From NCBI RefSeq assembly GCF_000737315.1, contig NZ_JMCB01000006.1, positions 764,001 through 1,012,000 on the forward strand: 248,000 bases of DNA, given 5' to 3'. Shown piece by piece: positions 94,182-103,445 of the stretch; the first letter of the stretch is position 1; the number at the start of each line of letters is the position of its first letter. A model generated the notes under the pieces. The model had not been told where the DNA came from and searched no databases. It saw nothing but the letters and a program-made list of their open reading frames with translations. This DNA comes from Hyalangium minutum. GTDB taxonomy: Bacteria > Myxococcota > Myxococcia > Myxococcales > Myxococcaceae. Both the position numbers and the translations under genes were made by a program.

Positions 94182-95117
94182 CTATCCCTTCATGAGGTTC
94201 TTCACGACGAACCACAAGTTGGCAGGGCGCTCGGCGAGCCGTCGCATGAAGTACGGGTACCAGAACCGCCCGTACGGCACGTAGATGCGCACCGGAAAGC
94301 CCGCCTTCGCCAGACGCACCTGCAAGTCCCGGCGGATGCCATACAGCATCTGAAACTCGAAGGCAGACTTCGGCAGCCGCTGTTTCGCCGCGTGGTCCAG
94401 CGTGGCGTCGATCATCCGCTCATCGTGCGTGGCGATACCGTGGTACACGCCGCTGTCGAGCAGCACGCGCATCACCCGGACGAAGTGGGCGTCCACGTCC
94501 TTCTTGTCCTGGTACGCCACCTCCGGGCCCTCCAGGTACGCGCCCTTGCACAGGCGGATGCGCACGCGCTCGGCGCACAGGGCCCGTGCGTCCGTCTCCG
94601 TGCGCCGCAGGTAGCTCTGCAGCACCGCGCCCACCCGCTCCTCCCCGAATTCGGAGTGAAGCTGGCGCACCGTGTCGAGCGTGGCCTGTGTCACCGCGCT
94701 CTGCTCCATGTCCACCCGCACGAAGGAGCCGCGCGCCGCCGCCTCCTTGACGATGGTCCGGGCGTTCTTCAGCGCCAGCGCCGGGTCGAACAGCAGCCCG
94801 CACTGCGTCAGCTTCAGAGACACATTGGCCTTCACCTCGAGGGCGTCCACGCGCGCCAGGAGCCGGCGGTACTCGCGCACCTCCTCCTGGGTCTCCGCCT
94901 CGTTGCGCACCGCTTCATTGAGGTGGTCGAAGCTGGCCATCAGCCCCTGGGCGTTGAGCTCCTTCACCGCCTCCACGGCCTCTTCCAGCGTCTCCCCGGC
95001 GATGAAGCGGCGGGCCAGCTCGCGCAGGGGACCGACACGTGTAGCGACCTCTTTCAAGCCGTCGCGGCGAGAGAGGAACAGCAGGGCAGAGCGGGACAGA
95101 GTCGTGGCAGCAGTCAT
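94182..95117 (-). CDS. proline dehydrogenase
   Basis: SLKLTQ, RLCKGAY, ATHD, MLYG, RRLAERPAN. Confidence 0.92.
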   Translation of the reverse strand: MTAATTLSRSALLFLSRRDGLKEVATRVGPLRELARRFIAGETLEEAVEAVKELNAQGLMASFDHLNEAVRNEAETQEEVREYRRLLARVDALEVKANVSLKLTQCGLLFDPALALKNARTIVKEAAARGSFVRVDMEQSAVTQATLDTVRQLHSEFGEERVGAVLQSYLRRTETDARALCAERVRIRLCKGAYLEGPEVAYQDKKDVDAHFVRVMRVLLDSGVYHGIATHDERMIDATLDHAAKQRLPKSAFEFQMLYGIRRDLQVRLAKAGFPVRIYVPYGRFWYPYFMRRLAERPANLWFVVKNLMKG

Positions 95118-95145
95118 GTTTGATAAATGAATCAGGCGTCAGGTC

Positions 95146-96006
95146 TCAGGACAGGTGTTGCAGCAGGAAGTCACCGGCAAAGGCATTGAAGGATTGCGCG
95201 TGGCTCATGTACGGCAGGTGGCTGGCCTTGCGGAGCACCTCCAGCCGAGCGCCGGGGATGCGGCGGGCCACGTCCCTCGCGTAGCGGAGCGGCACCAGGT
95301 GGTCTCTCGCGCCATGGATGAGCAGCGTGGGCACCTTCACCTGCTCCAGCGCGCCCAGGAAGTCCGCGTCCAGCACGTCCCGCAGCCGGCGCAGCAGCTC
95401 CATCGGAGAGATGCGGCGCGCCTCGCGGACGATCTCCGCGCGGCCCTCGGGGGGCAGCTCTCTGCCTCCGAGCACCCGCGCCACCGTGGGCGCGAAGAGA
95501 TAGGCGAAGGGCTTGGGCATGCGCACCAGCGTGGAGAGGCTCAGCGCCCAGCGCCGCACGCGGTGCACGCTGGCCACCGGTGACACCAGGACCAGCGCCT
95601 TCACGCGCTCCGGGTAGGCCAGCGTGAACGCCAGGGCCACGAGGCTGCCAAAGGACGAGCCCAGCAGCGCGAAGCGCTCGGGCAGCCGCGCGTCCGGGTG
95701 CGCCAGCGACGCCACGTTCCACTGCAGCGGCGTGTGCGTCATCGGCGTGCGCAGCGTGGGCGTCCACAGCTGGAGCCGCAGCTCCTCGGCCAGCGGCGCC
95801 ATGGGCGCGAAGGAGCGTCCCGAGGCCCCCAGCCCTGGCAGGCACACCACGGTGCGCGAGACATCCTCACTGCCGCCCGGGAAGGTGAAGAGGCGCACCG
95901 GCGCCCCTCGCACCCTGCGCTCCTCGAGCGCGAGCTCATAGCCCGGCTGAATCTCTTCAGGCTCCGGGACGAACCGGGGCCGTGCGGAGCTCGTGGCCTC
96001 AAGCAT
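95146..96006 (-). CDS. alpha/beta hydrolase
   Basis: GSSFG nucleophile elbow. Confidence 0.8.
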   Translation of the reverse strand: MLEATSSARPRFVPEPEEIQPGYELALEERRVRGAPVRLFTFPGGSEDVSRTVVCLPGLGASGRSFAPMAPLAEELRLQLWTPTLRTPMTHTPLQWNVASLAHPDARLPERFALLGSSFGSLVALAFTLAYPERVKALVLVSPVASVHRVRRWALSLSTLVRMPKPFAYLFAPTVARVLGGRELPPEGRAEIVREARRISPMELLRRLRDVLDADFLGALEQVKVPTLLIHGARDHLVPLRYARDVARRIPGARLEVLRKASHLPYMSHAQSFNAFAGDFLLQHLS

Positions 96007-96721
96007 GACACGCTCGCAGCAAGAGCCTGCGCACGCTGGCGGCCACCAAGTCCCTGAAGTCCTGCAGGCGGTGCTCGGGCGCATTCTCGGGCGGCGGCTC
96101 GTGCGGCTCGCCCACCGCGAAGGTGATGCGCACCGGCAGCGGCAATGGCCCCAAGCCCATCACCACCGGCATGCGGTACTTCTCCTGCTCGGAGATGCGC
96201 ACGCACCAGCGCTCCTCGTCCGAGGGATAGAAGAAGGTGTCATCCACGCCAAAGCCCGCAAACGGGACGATGGGCACCCCGGCCCGCGCCGCCAGCCGCA
96301 CGAAGCCCAGCGTCCGCTCCCAGCGCAGCGTGTAGCGCCCCTCCGAGCGCTTGAAGGTCTCCCAGGCACCCCCGGGGTAGCAGACCACCAGGTGCCCCTG
96401 GCGCAGCGACTCGAGCGCATTCTCCCGCGTGCCCTCCACGCCGCCCAGCCAGGGCAGCACCGTGCGGATCAGCGGGATGCGGAAGAAGCCGCGCTCGGCC
96501 AGCCCCAGCGGATAGCGGCCCGTGGCCTGGTGGAGCAGATGGAAGAAGGCCGGCGTCTCGTAGCCCCAGACGCCATGGTTGCCCACCAGGAGGACCGGTC
96601 CCCGGGAAGGGAGGTGCTCGGCACCCAACAGCCGGGCGCGGTGGTAGAGGGCCGACGCCCTGGCGCCCACCTCGGCCAGACGGAACACAGCGCGACGCGC
96701 GGTGGTGAACAAGGTCTCCAC
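95999..96721 (-). CDS. lysophospholipid acyltransferase family protein
   Basis: VGNHG, YPGG; start uncertain. Confidence 0.8.
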   Translation of the reverse strand: METLFTTARRAVFRLAEVGARASALYHRARLLGAEHLPSRGPVLLVGNHGVWGYETPAFFHLLHQATGRYPLGLAERGFFRIPLIRTVLPWLGGVEGTRENALESLRQGHLVVCYPGGAWETFKRSEGRYTLRWERTLGFVRLAARAGVPIVPFAGFGVDDTFFYPSDEERWCVRISEQEKYRMPVVMGLGPLPLPVRITFAVGEPHEPPPENAPEHRLQDFRDLVAASVRRLLLRACHA

Positions 96722-96851
96722 GGGGAAGGAACATGGGGATGGAGGCTCAAGCTGGCAGCCCGTCCCTCCTTCGAATGAACCAGGCAGCCGGCCGGGCCCT
96801 CCTCTCCCGGCCCCCGGCGCCTTCAAGTTGTCCCCCAAGACAGGGATGCCG

Positions 96852-97361
96852 ATGGTTGCCCTCATGGGACCCTTCGACATCCTCACGGAGCAACACCGGG
96901 AGCTGGAGGAGCGCCTCTCGGCGCTCGACGCCGAGATGGATTCAGGCGAGGCCGAGACCCAAAGAGAGCGCTTTCAAGCCCTGGCGGACGCGCTCCGGGT
97001 ACACGCGCGGTTGGAGGAGCGCTACCTCTATCCTGTGATGGCCCGGGTCGAGGGCCGTGTCCGGGCCCGCGAGGAGGCCGAGGATCATCTGACCCTGCGC
97101 GAGCTCATCGAAGAGCTCGAGGAGCTCTCTCCGGGAGAGGACGAGTGGTGGGCTCGCTTCACCGCGCTGGAAGATTTGCTCGTGGCCCATGTTCAGGAAG
97201 AAGAGGCGGAGATCTTCCCCCGCCTCACCTCCGCTCTGGATCAGGAGGAGCAGACCGAACTGAGTCACTCCTTTCTCATGTTGAGAGAGGAACTCGCCCT
97301 CAGTCCGAGGACCGTGTCGGGCAGCGAGCGATTGTTCGAAGAGCCGCGATGGGACAGCTAG
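96852..97361 (+). CDS. hemerythrin-like protein
   Basis: QHRELE, HARLEE, HVQEEE. Confidence 0.8.
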   Translation: MVALMGPFDILTEQHRELEERLSALDAEMDSGEAETQRERFQALADALRVHARLEERYLYPVMARVEGRVRAREEAEDHLTLRELIEELEELSPGEDEWWARFTALEDLLVAHVQEEEAEIFPRLTSALDQEEQTELSHSFLMLREELALSPRTVSGSERLFEEPRWDS

Positions 97362-97496
97362 CATCGCGAAACAAAATTTTTGTAAAGAGAATCGACAATC
97401 TCTCTCTTGAGAAGTATTGAGGGCTTTCCCAAGCGTCCCCACGCTTGATTCAAGCATCACGCACACATTTCCACATATCAGAGAGGTACCCCTAGA

Positions 97497-98003
97497 ATGT
97501 CTGTCGACAAAGCGTTTCGCGAGATGATTCGCAATGAGATCGAGGTCCAGCTCAAGCCGCTGCGCGCAGTGATTTCGCGGATCGAGGCGGGGACAGCGGA
97601 TCTGGAGTCCCTGCGCAGCGTGGCGGAGCGGCTGGCCCCGGTGGCGGCGGCCATGGCGCCGCTGTTTGGCGCGCAGGTCGCGAAGCCTGGCAAGCGTGGC
97701 CCTGGGCGTCCGGCGAAGGTCGCCGCCCCCGCCCCCGTCGTGACGGGTGGCAAGCGCCGGGGCCGCAAGCCCTCGGCCGGTGGCGCCAGTGAGTGCGCTA
97801 TCATTGGTTGTGGTTCGCCCAGCCGCACCAAGGGCTATTGCGCGGCGCACTACCAGAAGCTGCGCATGCTGACGAAGACGAACCGCCGTCCGGACAGCTG
97901 GGTGGACTACGCCAAGCCCAACAGCGTCGAGGATCTGAAGCTGCCTCGCGGCCGTGCCGCTGCCAAGGCGCTGGCTCAGGCCAAAGAGGGCAGCTCTACC
98001 TGA
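97497..98003 (+). CDS. basic protein with zinc finger and AT-hook-like motifs
   Basis: CAIIGC..KGYCAAHYQKLR; KRGPGRP; paralog at 161350. Confidence 0.7.
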   Translation: MSVDKAFREMIRNEIEVQLKPLRAVISRIEAGTADLESLRSVAERLAPVAAAMAPLFGAQVAKPGKRGPGRPAKVAAPAPVVTGGKRRGRKPSAGGASECAIIGCGSPSRTKGYCAAHYQKLRMLTKTNRRPDSWVDYAKPNSVEDLKLPRGRAAAKALAQAKEGSST

Positions 98004-98175
98004 TACGTCTGTCGTAAGACATGAAACGTTGAGACAGTCCGTTTCTGGACTCAACCTCACCTCCGGCCCGGGGTGAGAGGTCCGGGACTGGGGGGCTTGT
98101 CTCAAGGTTTTCCAAGGCCGGGGATGCCACGGGGGAATACTCCGAGGCCCCCGGCCTTCGTGTTATGCCTTGCCC

Positions 98176-99042
98176 ATGAGCAAGCGTGACATGGAGCCAG
98201 GCATCCTCACCGAGCTGGCGGGCCATACCACTTATGGAGAGTACCTGCAGCTGGACCGGGTGCTGGCCGCCCAGGTGCCGCGCTCCCAGCCGCCTCACCA
98301 TGATGAGATGCTCTTCATCATCCAGCATCAGACGAGCGAGCTGTGGATGAAGCTGCTCATCCATGAGCTGACGGCCTGCATCCGCTATGTGCAGTCGGAC
98401 AAGCTGGAGCCCTCGTTCAAGATTTTCGCGCGCGTGGGCCACATCCAGCGCATGCTCTTCGAGCAGTGGAGCGTGCTGGAGACGCTCACGCCCAATGAGT
98501 ACCTGGAGTTCCGTGGCGCGCTGGGCGCGGCCTCGGGCTTCCAGAGCTTCCAGTACCACGCGGTGGAGATGCTGCTGGGCATGAAGGAGGCCAAGGTGCT
98601 GGGCCCCTTCAAGCACGTGCCCACCCAGTACGCGGAGCTGGAGCGGCTCTTGGAGTCTCCCAGCCTGTATGACGAGTTCCTCCGCCACCTGGCCCGCATG
98701 GGCCACCCCATCCCCGCGGACCACGCGCAGCGCGACTGGCGCCTGCCCTACGAGAAGAGCGAGGCGGTGGTGGAGGTGTTCCGCCGCATCTACGAGGACA
98801 CCGAGAAGCACTGGGATGCGTATGAGATGTGCGAGAAGCTGGTGGACACCGAGGAGCGCTTTCAGCTCTGGCGCTACCGCCACATGATGACGGTGATGCG
98901 CATCATCGGCTTCAAGCACGGCACGGGCGGCTCCTCGGGCGTGCCCTTCCTGCGCCGGGCCCTGGAGACGCGCTTCTTCCCGGAGCTGTGGGATGTGCGC
99001 ACCGAGCTGTCGCCCCACCATCCCCGGCGGCCCCACAGCTAA
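98176..99042 (+). CDS. kynA: tryptophan 2,3-dioxygenase
   Basis: YGEYLQL, HDEMLFIIQHQTSELW, GTGGSSG. Confidence 0.93.
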   Translation: MSKRDMEPGILTELAGHTTYGEYLQLDRVLAAQVPRSQPPHHDEMLFIIQHQTSELWMKLLIHELTACIRYVQSDKLEPSFKIFARVGHIQRMLFEQWSVLETLTPNEYLEFRGALGAASGFQSFQYHAVEMLLGMKEAKVLGPFKHVPTQYAELERLLESPSLYDEFLRHLARMGHPIPADHAQRDWRLPYEKSEAVVEVFRRIYEDTEKHWDAYEMCEKLVDTEERFQLWRYRHMMTVMRIIGFKHGTGGSSGVPFLRRALETRFFPELWDVRTELSPHHPRRPHS

Positions 99043-99102
99043 GACAGACACCCCTTCATGGTGAGTAGGGTTGCAGGCGCCCTACCCTGCAAGCGTTTGG
99101 AT

Positions 99103-100212
99103 ATGTCCCTGATCCTCGAGAAGGCCACCGCGCTGTGCTACCGCCTGTATGACATCGCGGACGAGATAGACTTGGAGAAGGCTCGCCGGGTGCTCGCCCA
99201 GGATGCGCGGCGCCTGAAGCTCTCGCGCGAGAACAGCCAGTTCATCCAGCTGCCCAACCCTCCCGTGGCCTATGAGCTGGGCCGGCGCGTGCTCGCCCTG
99301 CGCGGCGGACCCGTCACGGTGGATGCCACCGCGCGTCTGTTCGACCATGGCGCCGTCTCCATCATCCTCGCCGTCCCCATCCCCGAGGGCACCACCTTCC
99401 CGCAGCTCACCGGCCTGGCCGACGAGTTCTATGACAGCCAGGCGGTGGAGGCGCTCACCGGCGAGCTGCTCGAGGGTGTGCGCAAGACGATTGCCCCCGC
99501 CGTCCGCGAGCGGAGCGTCTGGGACCAGAACGAGAGCTACACCGTCCTCTTCGTCGAGCGCATCCGCGGCAATCCCTCCGCCGATGAGATTTTCGCGGGC
99601 GCGGAGCTGGCCCGCTTGCTGCTGGGTGAGGTGGACTCCAAGCCCCTGTCCCGCGGCGAGAGCGAGGCCATTGCCCAGTACCGCTTCAGCTACTCGGCCG
99701 AGGACCTGGTCGTCATCGACTGGAACAGCGCCTTTGTTTATGAGCCCTCGGGCTCGCGCGACATTCCAGACCTGCTCGAGATCGCCAACGCGCAGCTCCT
99801 GGAGTTCCGCTTTTACGACGAGGTGCTGGATGGGCACATCGCCCGCATTCACGACGAGGTGCAGGCCCGGAAGCATGGCCTGCTCTCGCTCTTCCGCAGC
99901 CCGTACCGGGACTTGGTGCGCGACGCGCTCTCCACCCTGGTGGATCTCAACGAGTTCATCGAGCGGGTGGAGAACAGCCTGAAGATCATTGGAGATTTCT
100001 ACCTGGCCAAGGTCTACGAGGCGTCGGTGAGGAGGCTGCGCATCCCCGCCTGGCAGGCCTCTGTTACCCGCAAGCACCACCTGCTGGAGCAGACGTATGG
100101 GCTGCTCAAGGGGGAGGTGGACACGGCGCGCTCCCTCACGCTGGAGACGACCATTGTCGCACTCATCGTTTTAGAAATTGCCTTGGCATTTCTGAGGGTT
100201 TTCGAGCACTGA
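99103..100212 (+). CDS. conserved hypothetical protein (RMD1/DUF155-like)
   Basis: C-terminal LE..IVALI TM segment. Confidence 0.6.
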   Translation: MSLILEKATALCYRLYDIADEIDLEKARRVLAQDARRLKLSRENSQFIQLPNPPVAYELGRRVLALRGGPVTVDATARLFDHGAVSIILAVPIPEGTTFPQLTGLADEFYDSQAVEALTGELLEGVRKTIAPAVRERSVWDQNESYTVLFVERIRGNPSADEIFAGAELARLLLGEVDSKPLSRGESEAIAQYRFSYSAEDLVVIDWNSAFVYEPSGSRDIPDLLEIANAQLLEFRFYDEVLDGHIARIHDEVQARKHGLLSLFRSPYRDLVRDALSTLVDLNEFIERVENSLKIIGDFYLAKVYEASVRRLRIPAWQASVTRKHHLLEQTYGLLKGEVDTARSLTLETTIVALIVLEIALAFLRVFEH

Positions 100213-100343
100213 GGCCTGAACTTCCGGCCAGCGCTTCCATTTATCAGTCAACGCCTCACCAGAAGGACTCGGCAAGTTGGGGCGTCTCATGAAAGACTCT
100301 CAGCCAGCGGGGTTTATGAGAACCCGGCTGGGGGGGGAGTCCC

Positions 100344-103244
100344 ATGTTCATGCCCGAGGGCGACCTCGCGGCGGCCGCGGAAGGTGTGGCGCGAGCGCTG
100401 GAGTTGCTCGTGTCGGCGCCCTCCGTGCGGGCGGTGTTCGAAGAGGTGGGCCGCTGGACCGCGAGGGTCCTGGCGGCGGATCACTGTTCGATCAGCTGGA
100501 AGAGCCCGGACGGCACGCTCCACACCTTTGCTACGGCCGGGCTGTCCGAAGAGGCGGCCAGCGCGTATGCGGCGCTGTGGATGGGCGCCATCCAGGCAGT
100601 GCCGGGTGTTGCTCAGCCCCGCCTTGTCGAGGACCTGGGAGCCGATGCACTGCTGGAAGGCGAGCCCTCCCTGCGTGAGCGGTTGGGCATGCGGTCCCTG
100701 GTGGCGCTCCCGCTGGCCGTCCCGGAGGGCACGCGCCTGGGGGCGCTCGTGGCCTGGTTCCAGGCCGTACATGTCCCCTCCCCGCCTGCGTTACGCAGCG
100801 CGGGCCTCTGCGCGACGCTGGTCAGCCTGGTGCTGGAGCGGGAACATCTGCGGGAAGAGGTGCGCCGCTCTGAGCAGGCCCGCGCCAAGGCGGAGCGGGC
100901 CGAGGGGCTCCGCCTCAGCCGCTTCCAGGCGGTGACGGAGGGCTTCGGCCGCGCCCTCACTCGCAACGAGGTGGCGCGGGTGGTGCTGGACCTGGGGATT
101001 CCCGCCCTGGGAGCGATGACGGGGCTGGTGCACCTGGTGCAGCCGGATGGGCAGGGCGTGGAGCTCGCCGCGTCGGTGGGCGTGGCGCCCGAGGTGGAGG
101101 CAGCGCTCCGCCTGCTGCCGCGGCAGGGGAACATGCCCGGCTACGACGCGGCGCGCACCCGGCAGCCGGTGTGGCTGGAGTCCCGCGAGGCGCTTCATGC
101201 CCGCTATCCGGACATGGCCCTGGGCTTGGACTCAGCCGAGGCCTGTGCCTTCCTGCCGCTGCTGGTGGAGGGCAAGGTGCTGGGGGTGCTCGCCTTGGGG
101301 TTCGAGACGCCCCGGCGGTTCACCGAGCCGGAGCAGACCTCCATGCTCGGGCTGGCGCGCCAGTGCGGGCTGGCCCTGGAGCGCTCCCTGCTCTACGAGC
101401 GCGAGCACGCGGCGCGGCTCCAGGCGGAGGCGGCCGGGCTGCGGATGCGCCTGCTGGCGGACGCCAGCGCGTTGCTGTCCCGCTCGATCGAGTGGAAGGA
101501 GACCGTGAATGGCGTGGCGCGGCTGGCGCTGGGCATCTTCGCGGACTGGTGCTCGGTGGACGTGTCCGCGGAGGGCAGCCAGGCACGCCAGGTCACCCTG
101601 CTGCACGCGGATCCGGCCCGGGCCTCGCTGACCCAGGAGCTCTCGCGCTACCGGCTTGACCTCACCCACTTCTCCTCGATTGAAGCGGTGCTGCGCACGG
101701 GCCGCTCCTATCTGGAGCCTCAGCTCACGCCAGAGCGGCTGGCCAAGCTCACGGGCAACTCCCGCTCCCTGCAGCTCCTCAAGGAGCTGGGGGCGCAGTC
101801 CTTCATCACCGCGCCCCTGGTGGCCCGGGGGCGCACCCTGGGCGCCGTCTCCTTCATCCGCGGCGCGGGCAAGCCGCCCTATGGCCCGGAGGACCAGGCG
101901 CTGGCCGAGGAGCTGGCGAGCCGGGCCGCGCTCGCCATGGACAACGCGCGGCTCTTCGAGCAGCGCCGCGAGGCCGAGGAGGAGAGCCGGCAGAGCGCCG
102001 CGCGCCTGCACCTGCTGGTGCAGGTGAGCCAGCTGGTGGCCGAGGCGGGGTTGGATCTCGAGCAGGTGGTGGATGTGCTGGTCCGCGCGGTGACGCGAGA
102101 GCTGGGCGACTGCTGTCTGCTCCAGCTCGTCTCCGAGGATGGGCAGTACCTGGAGCTGGCCGCCGTGCACCACCCGGACGCCATGGTGCGCGAGCTGCTG
102201 GAGGAGGTGGTGCGCGTGCGCCGGCTGCGCGTGGGCGAGGGGCTCCAGGGCGCCGCCGTCTCCACCGGGCAGACGCTCTTCCTGGGCGCCATGAGCGCCG
102301 CGGCGCTCGAGGGCGTGGGGCCCGAGGCCGCGATGCGCCCCTACTTCGTGCGCCGGGGGCCGCAGGACCTCATCGCCGTGCCGCTGGTGGCTCGGGGGAA
102401 CGCGTGTGGGTGCCTCCTGGTGCTGCGCGACGCACGCGGGCAGCCCTACGGACAGGATGATCAAGTGCTGCTGGAGAGCATCGCCGGCCGCGCGGCGCTG
102501 GCCATCGAGGATGCGCGGCTCTACTCGGCGGCGCTCGACTCCCTGCGGCTGCGCGACGACTTCCTCTCCGTGGCGGGCCACGAGCTGAAGAACCCGCTCA
102601 ACGCGCTCCAGCTCCAGCTGCGCGTGCTGGCGCGCAAGGCCCGCGAGGCGCGGCTCTCGGACAGCCTGGCCGAGCGCGCCGAGCGCGTGGCCCGCACCGG
102701 CGAGCGCCTGGGCGTGCTCATTGAAGACTTGCTGGATGTGTCACGCATCACCGCCGGACAGCTTCAGCTGCAGCTGGGCGAGGTGGACTTGTCGGCGCTG
102801 GCCTCCGAGGGCGTCTCGCGCATGTCCGAGGAGTTCGTCCGGGCCGGCTGCGAGGTGCGCGTCGAGGCGGGCCAGCCGGTGGTGGGGCGCTGGGACCGGC
102901 TGCGGCTGGAGCAGGTGGTGACGAACCTGCTGTCCAACGCCATCAAGTACGGCCGCAGCAAGCCGGTGCTCGTGCGCGTGGAGGTGGCACCCGGGGCGGC
103001 CCGGCTGTCCGTCACGGACCAGGGCTACGGCATCGCCCCCGAGGAGCAGGTCCGCATCTTCCAGCGCTTCCAGCGCGCCGAGGCCACGCGCCACATCCAG
103101 GGCCTGGGCCTGGGCCTGTGGATCTGCCGGCAGATCGCCGAGTCCCACGGGGGCACGCTGCGAGTGGTGAGCGAGCCTGGAAAGGGCTCCACCTTCATCC
103201 TGGAGCTGCCTCGCCCCGAGCCCGGGGTTCCCTCCAACTCCTAG
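100344..103244 (+). CDS. multi-GAF histidine kinase
   Basis: GHELKNP, NAIKY, GLGL. Confidence 0.9.
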   Translation: MFMPEGDLAAAAEGVARALELLVSAPSVRAVFEEVGRWTARVLAADHCSISWKSPDGTLHTFATAGLSEEAASAYAALWMGAIQAVPGVAQPRLVEDLGADALLEGEPSLRERLGMRSLVALPLAVPEGTRLGALVAWFQAVHVPSPPALRSAGLCATLVSLVLEREHLREEVRRSEQARAKAERAEGLRLSRFQAVTEGFGRALTRNEVARVVLDLGIPALGAMTGLVHLVQPDGQGVELAASVGVAPEVEAALRLLPRQGNMPGYDAARTRQPVWLESREALHARYPDMALGLDSAEACAFLPLLVEGKVLGVLALGFETPRRFTEPEQTSMLGLARQCGLALERSLLYEREHAARLQAEAAGLRMRLLADASALLSRSIEWKETVNGVARLALGIFADWCSVDVSAEGSQARQVTLLHADPARASLTQELSRYRLDLTHFSSIEAVLRTGRSYLEPQLTPERLAKLTGNSRSLQLLKELGAQSFITAPLVARGRTLGAVSFIRGAGKPPYGPEDQALAEELASRAALAMDNARLFEQRREAEEESRQSAARLHLLVQVSQLVAEAGLDLEQVVDVLVRAVTRELGDCCLLQLVSEDGQYLELAAVHHPDAMVRELLEEVVRVRRLRVGEGLQGAAVSTGQTLFLGAMSAAALEGVGPEAAMRPYFVRRGPQDLIAVPLVARGNACGCLLVLRDARGQPYGQDDQVLLESIAGRAALAIEDARLYSAALDSLRLRDDFLSVAGHELKNPLNALQLQLRVLARKAREARLSDSLAERAERVARTGERLGVLIEDLLDVSRITAGQLQLQLGEVDLSALASEGVSRMSEEFVRAGCEVRVEAGQPVVGRWDRLRLEQVVTNLLSNAIKYGRSKPVLVRVEVAPGAARLSVTDQGYGIAPEEQVRIFQRFQRAEATRHIQGLGLGLWICRQIAESHGGTLRVVSEPGKGSTFILELPRPEPGVPSNS

Positions 103245-103445
103245 CCTCCGGCACGGGGCACCTCCCCGAGGTCCCTTTTTTTCAGGACTCAACCCGGTGG
103301 GGTGGCGGGGTACGGCTGTACCCGGGGGGGCAACAAACATGGTTTTTCTCTGGACGTTTGATGAATCCTCGACTTGTGTGCGCGCGCTGGTATGGACCGG
103401 GGGCAGCTCTCCGGTGCGCCACAGTCCACCCCGATGGATGATCGA

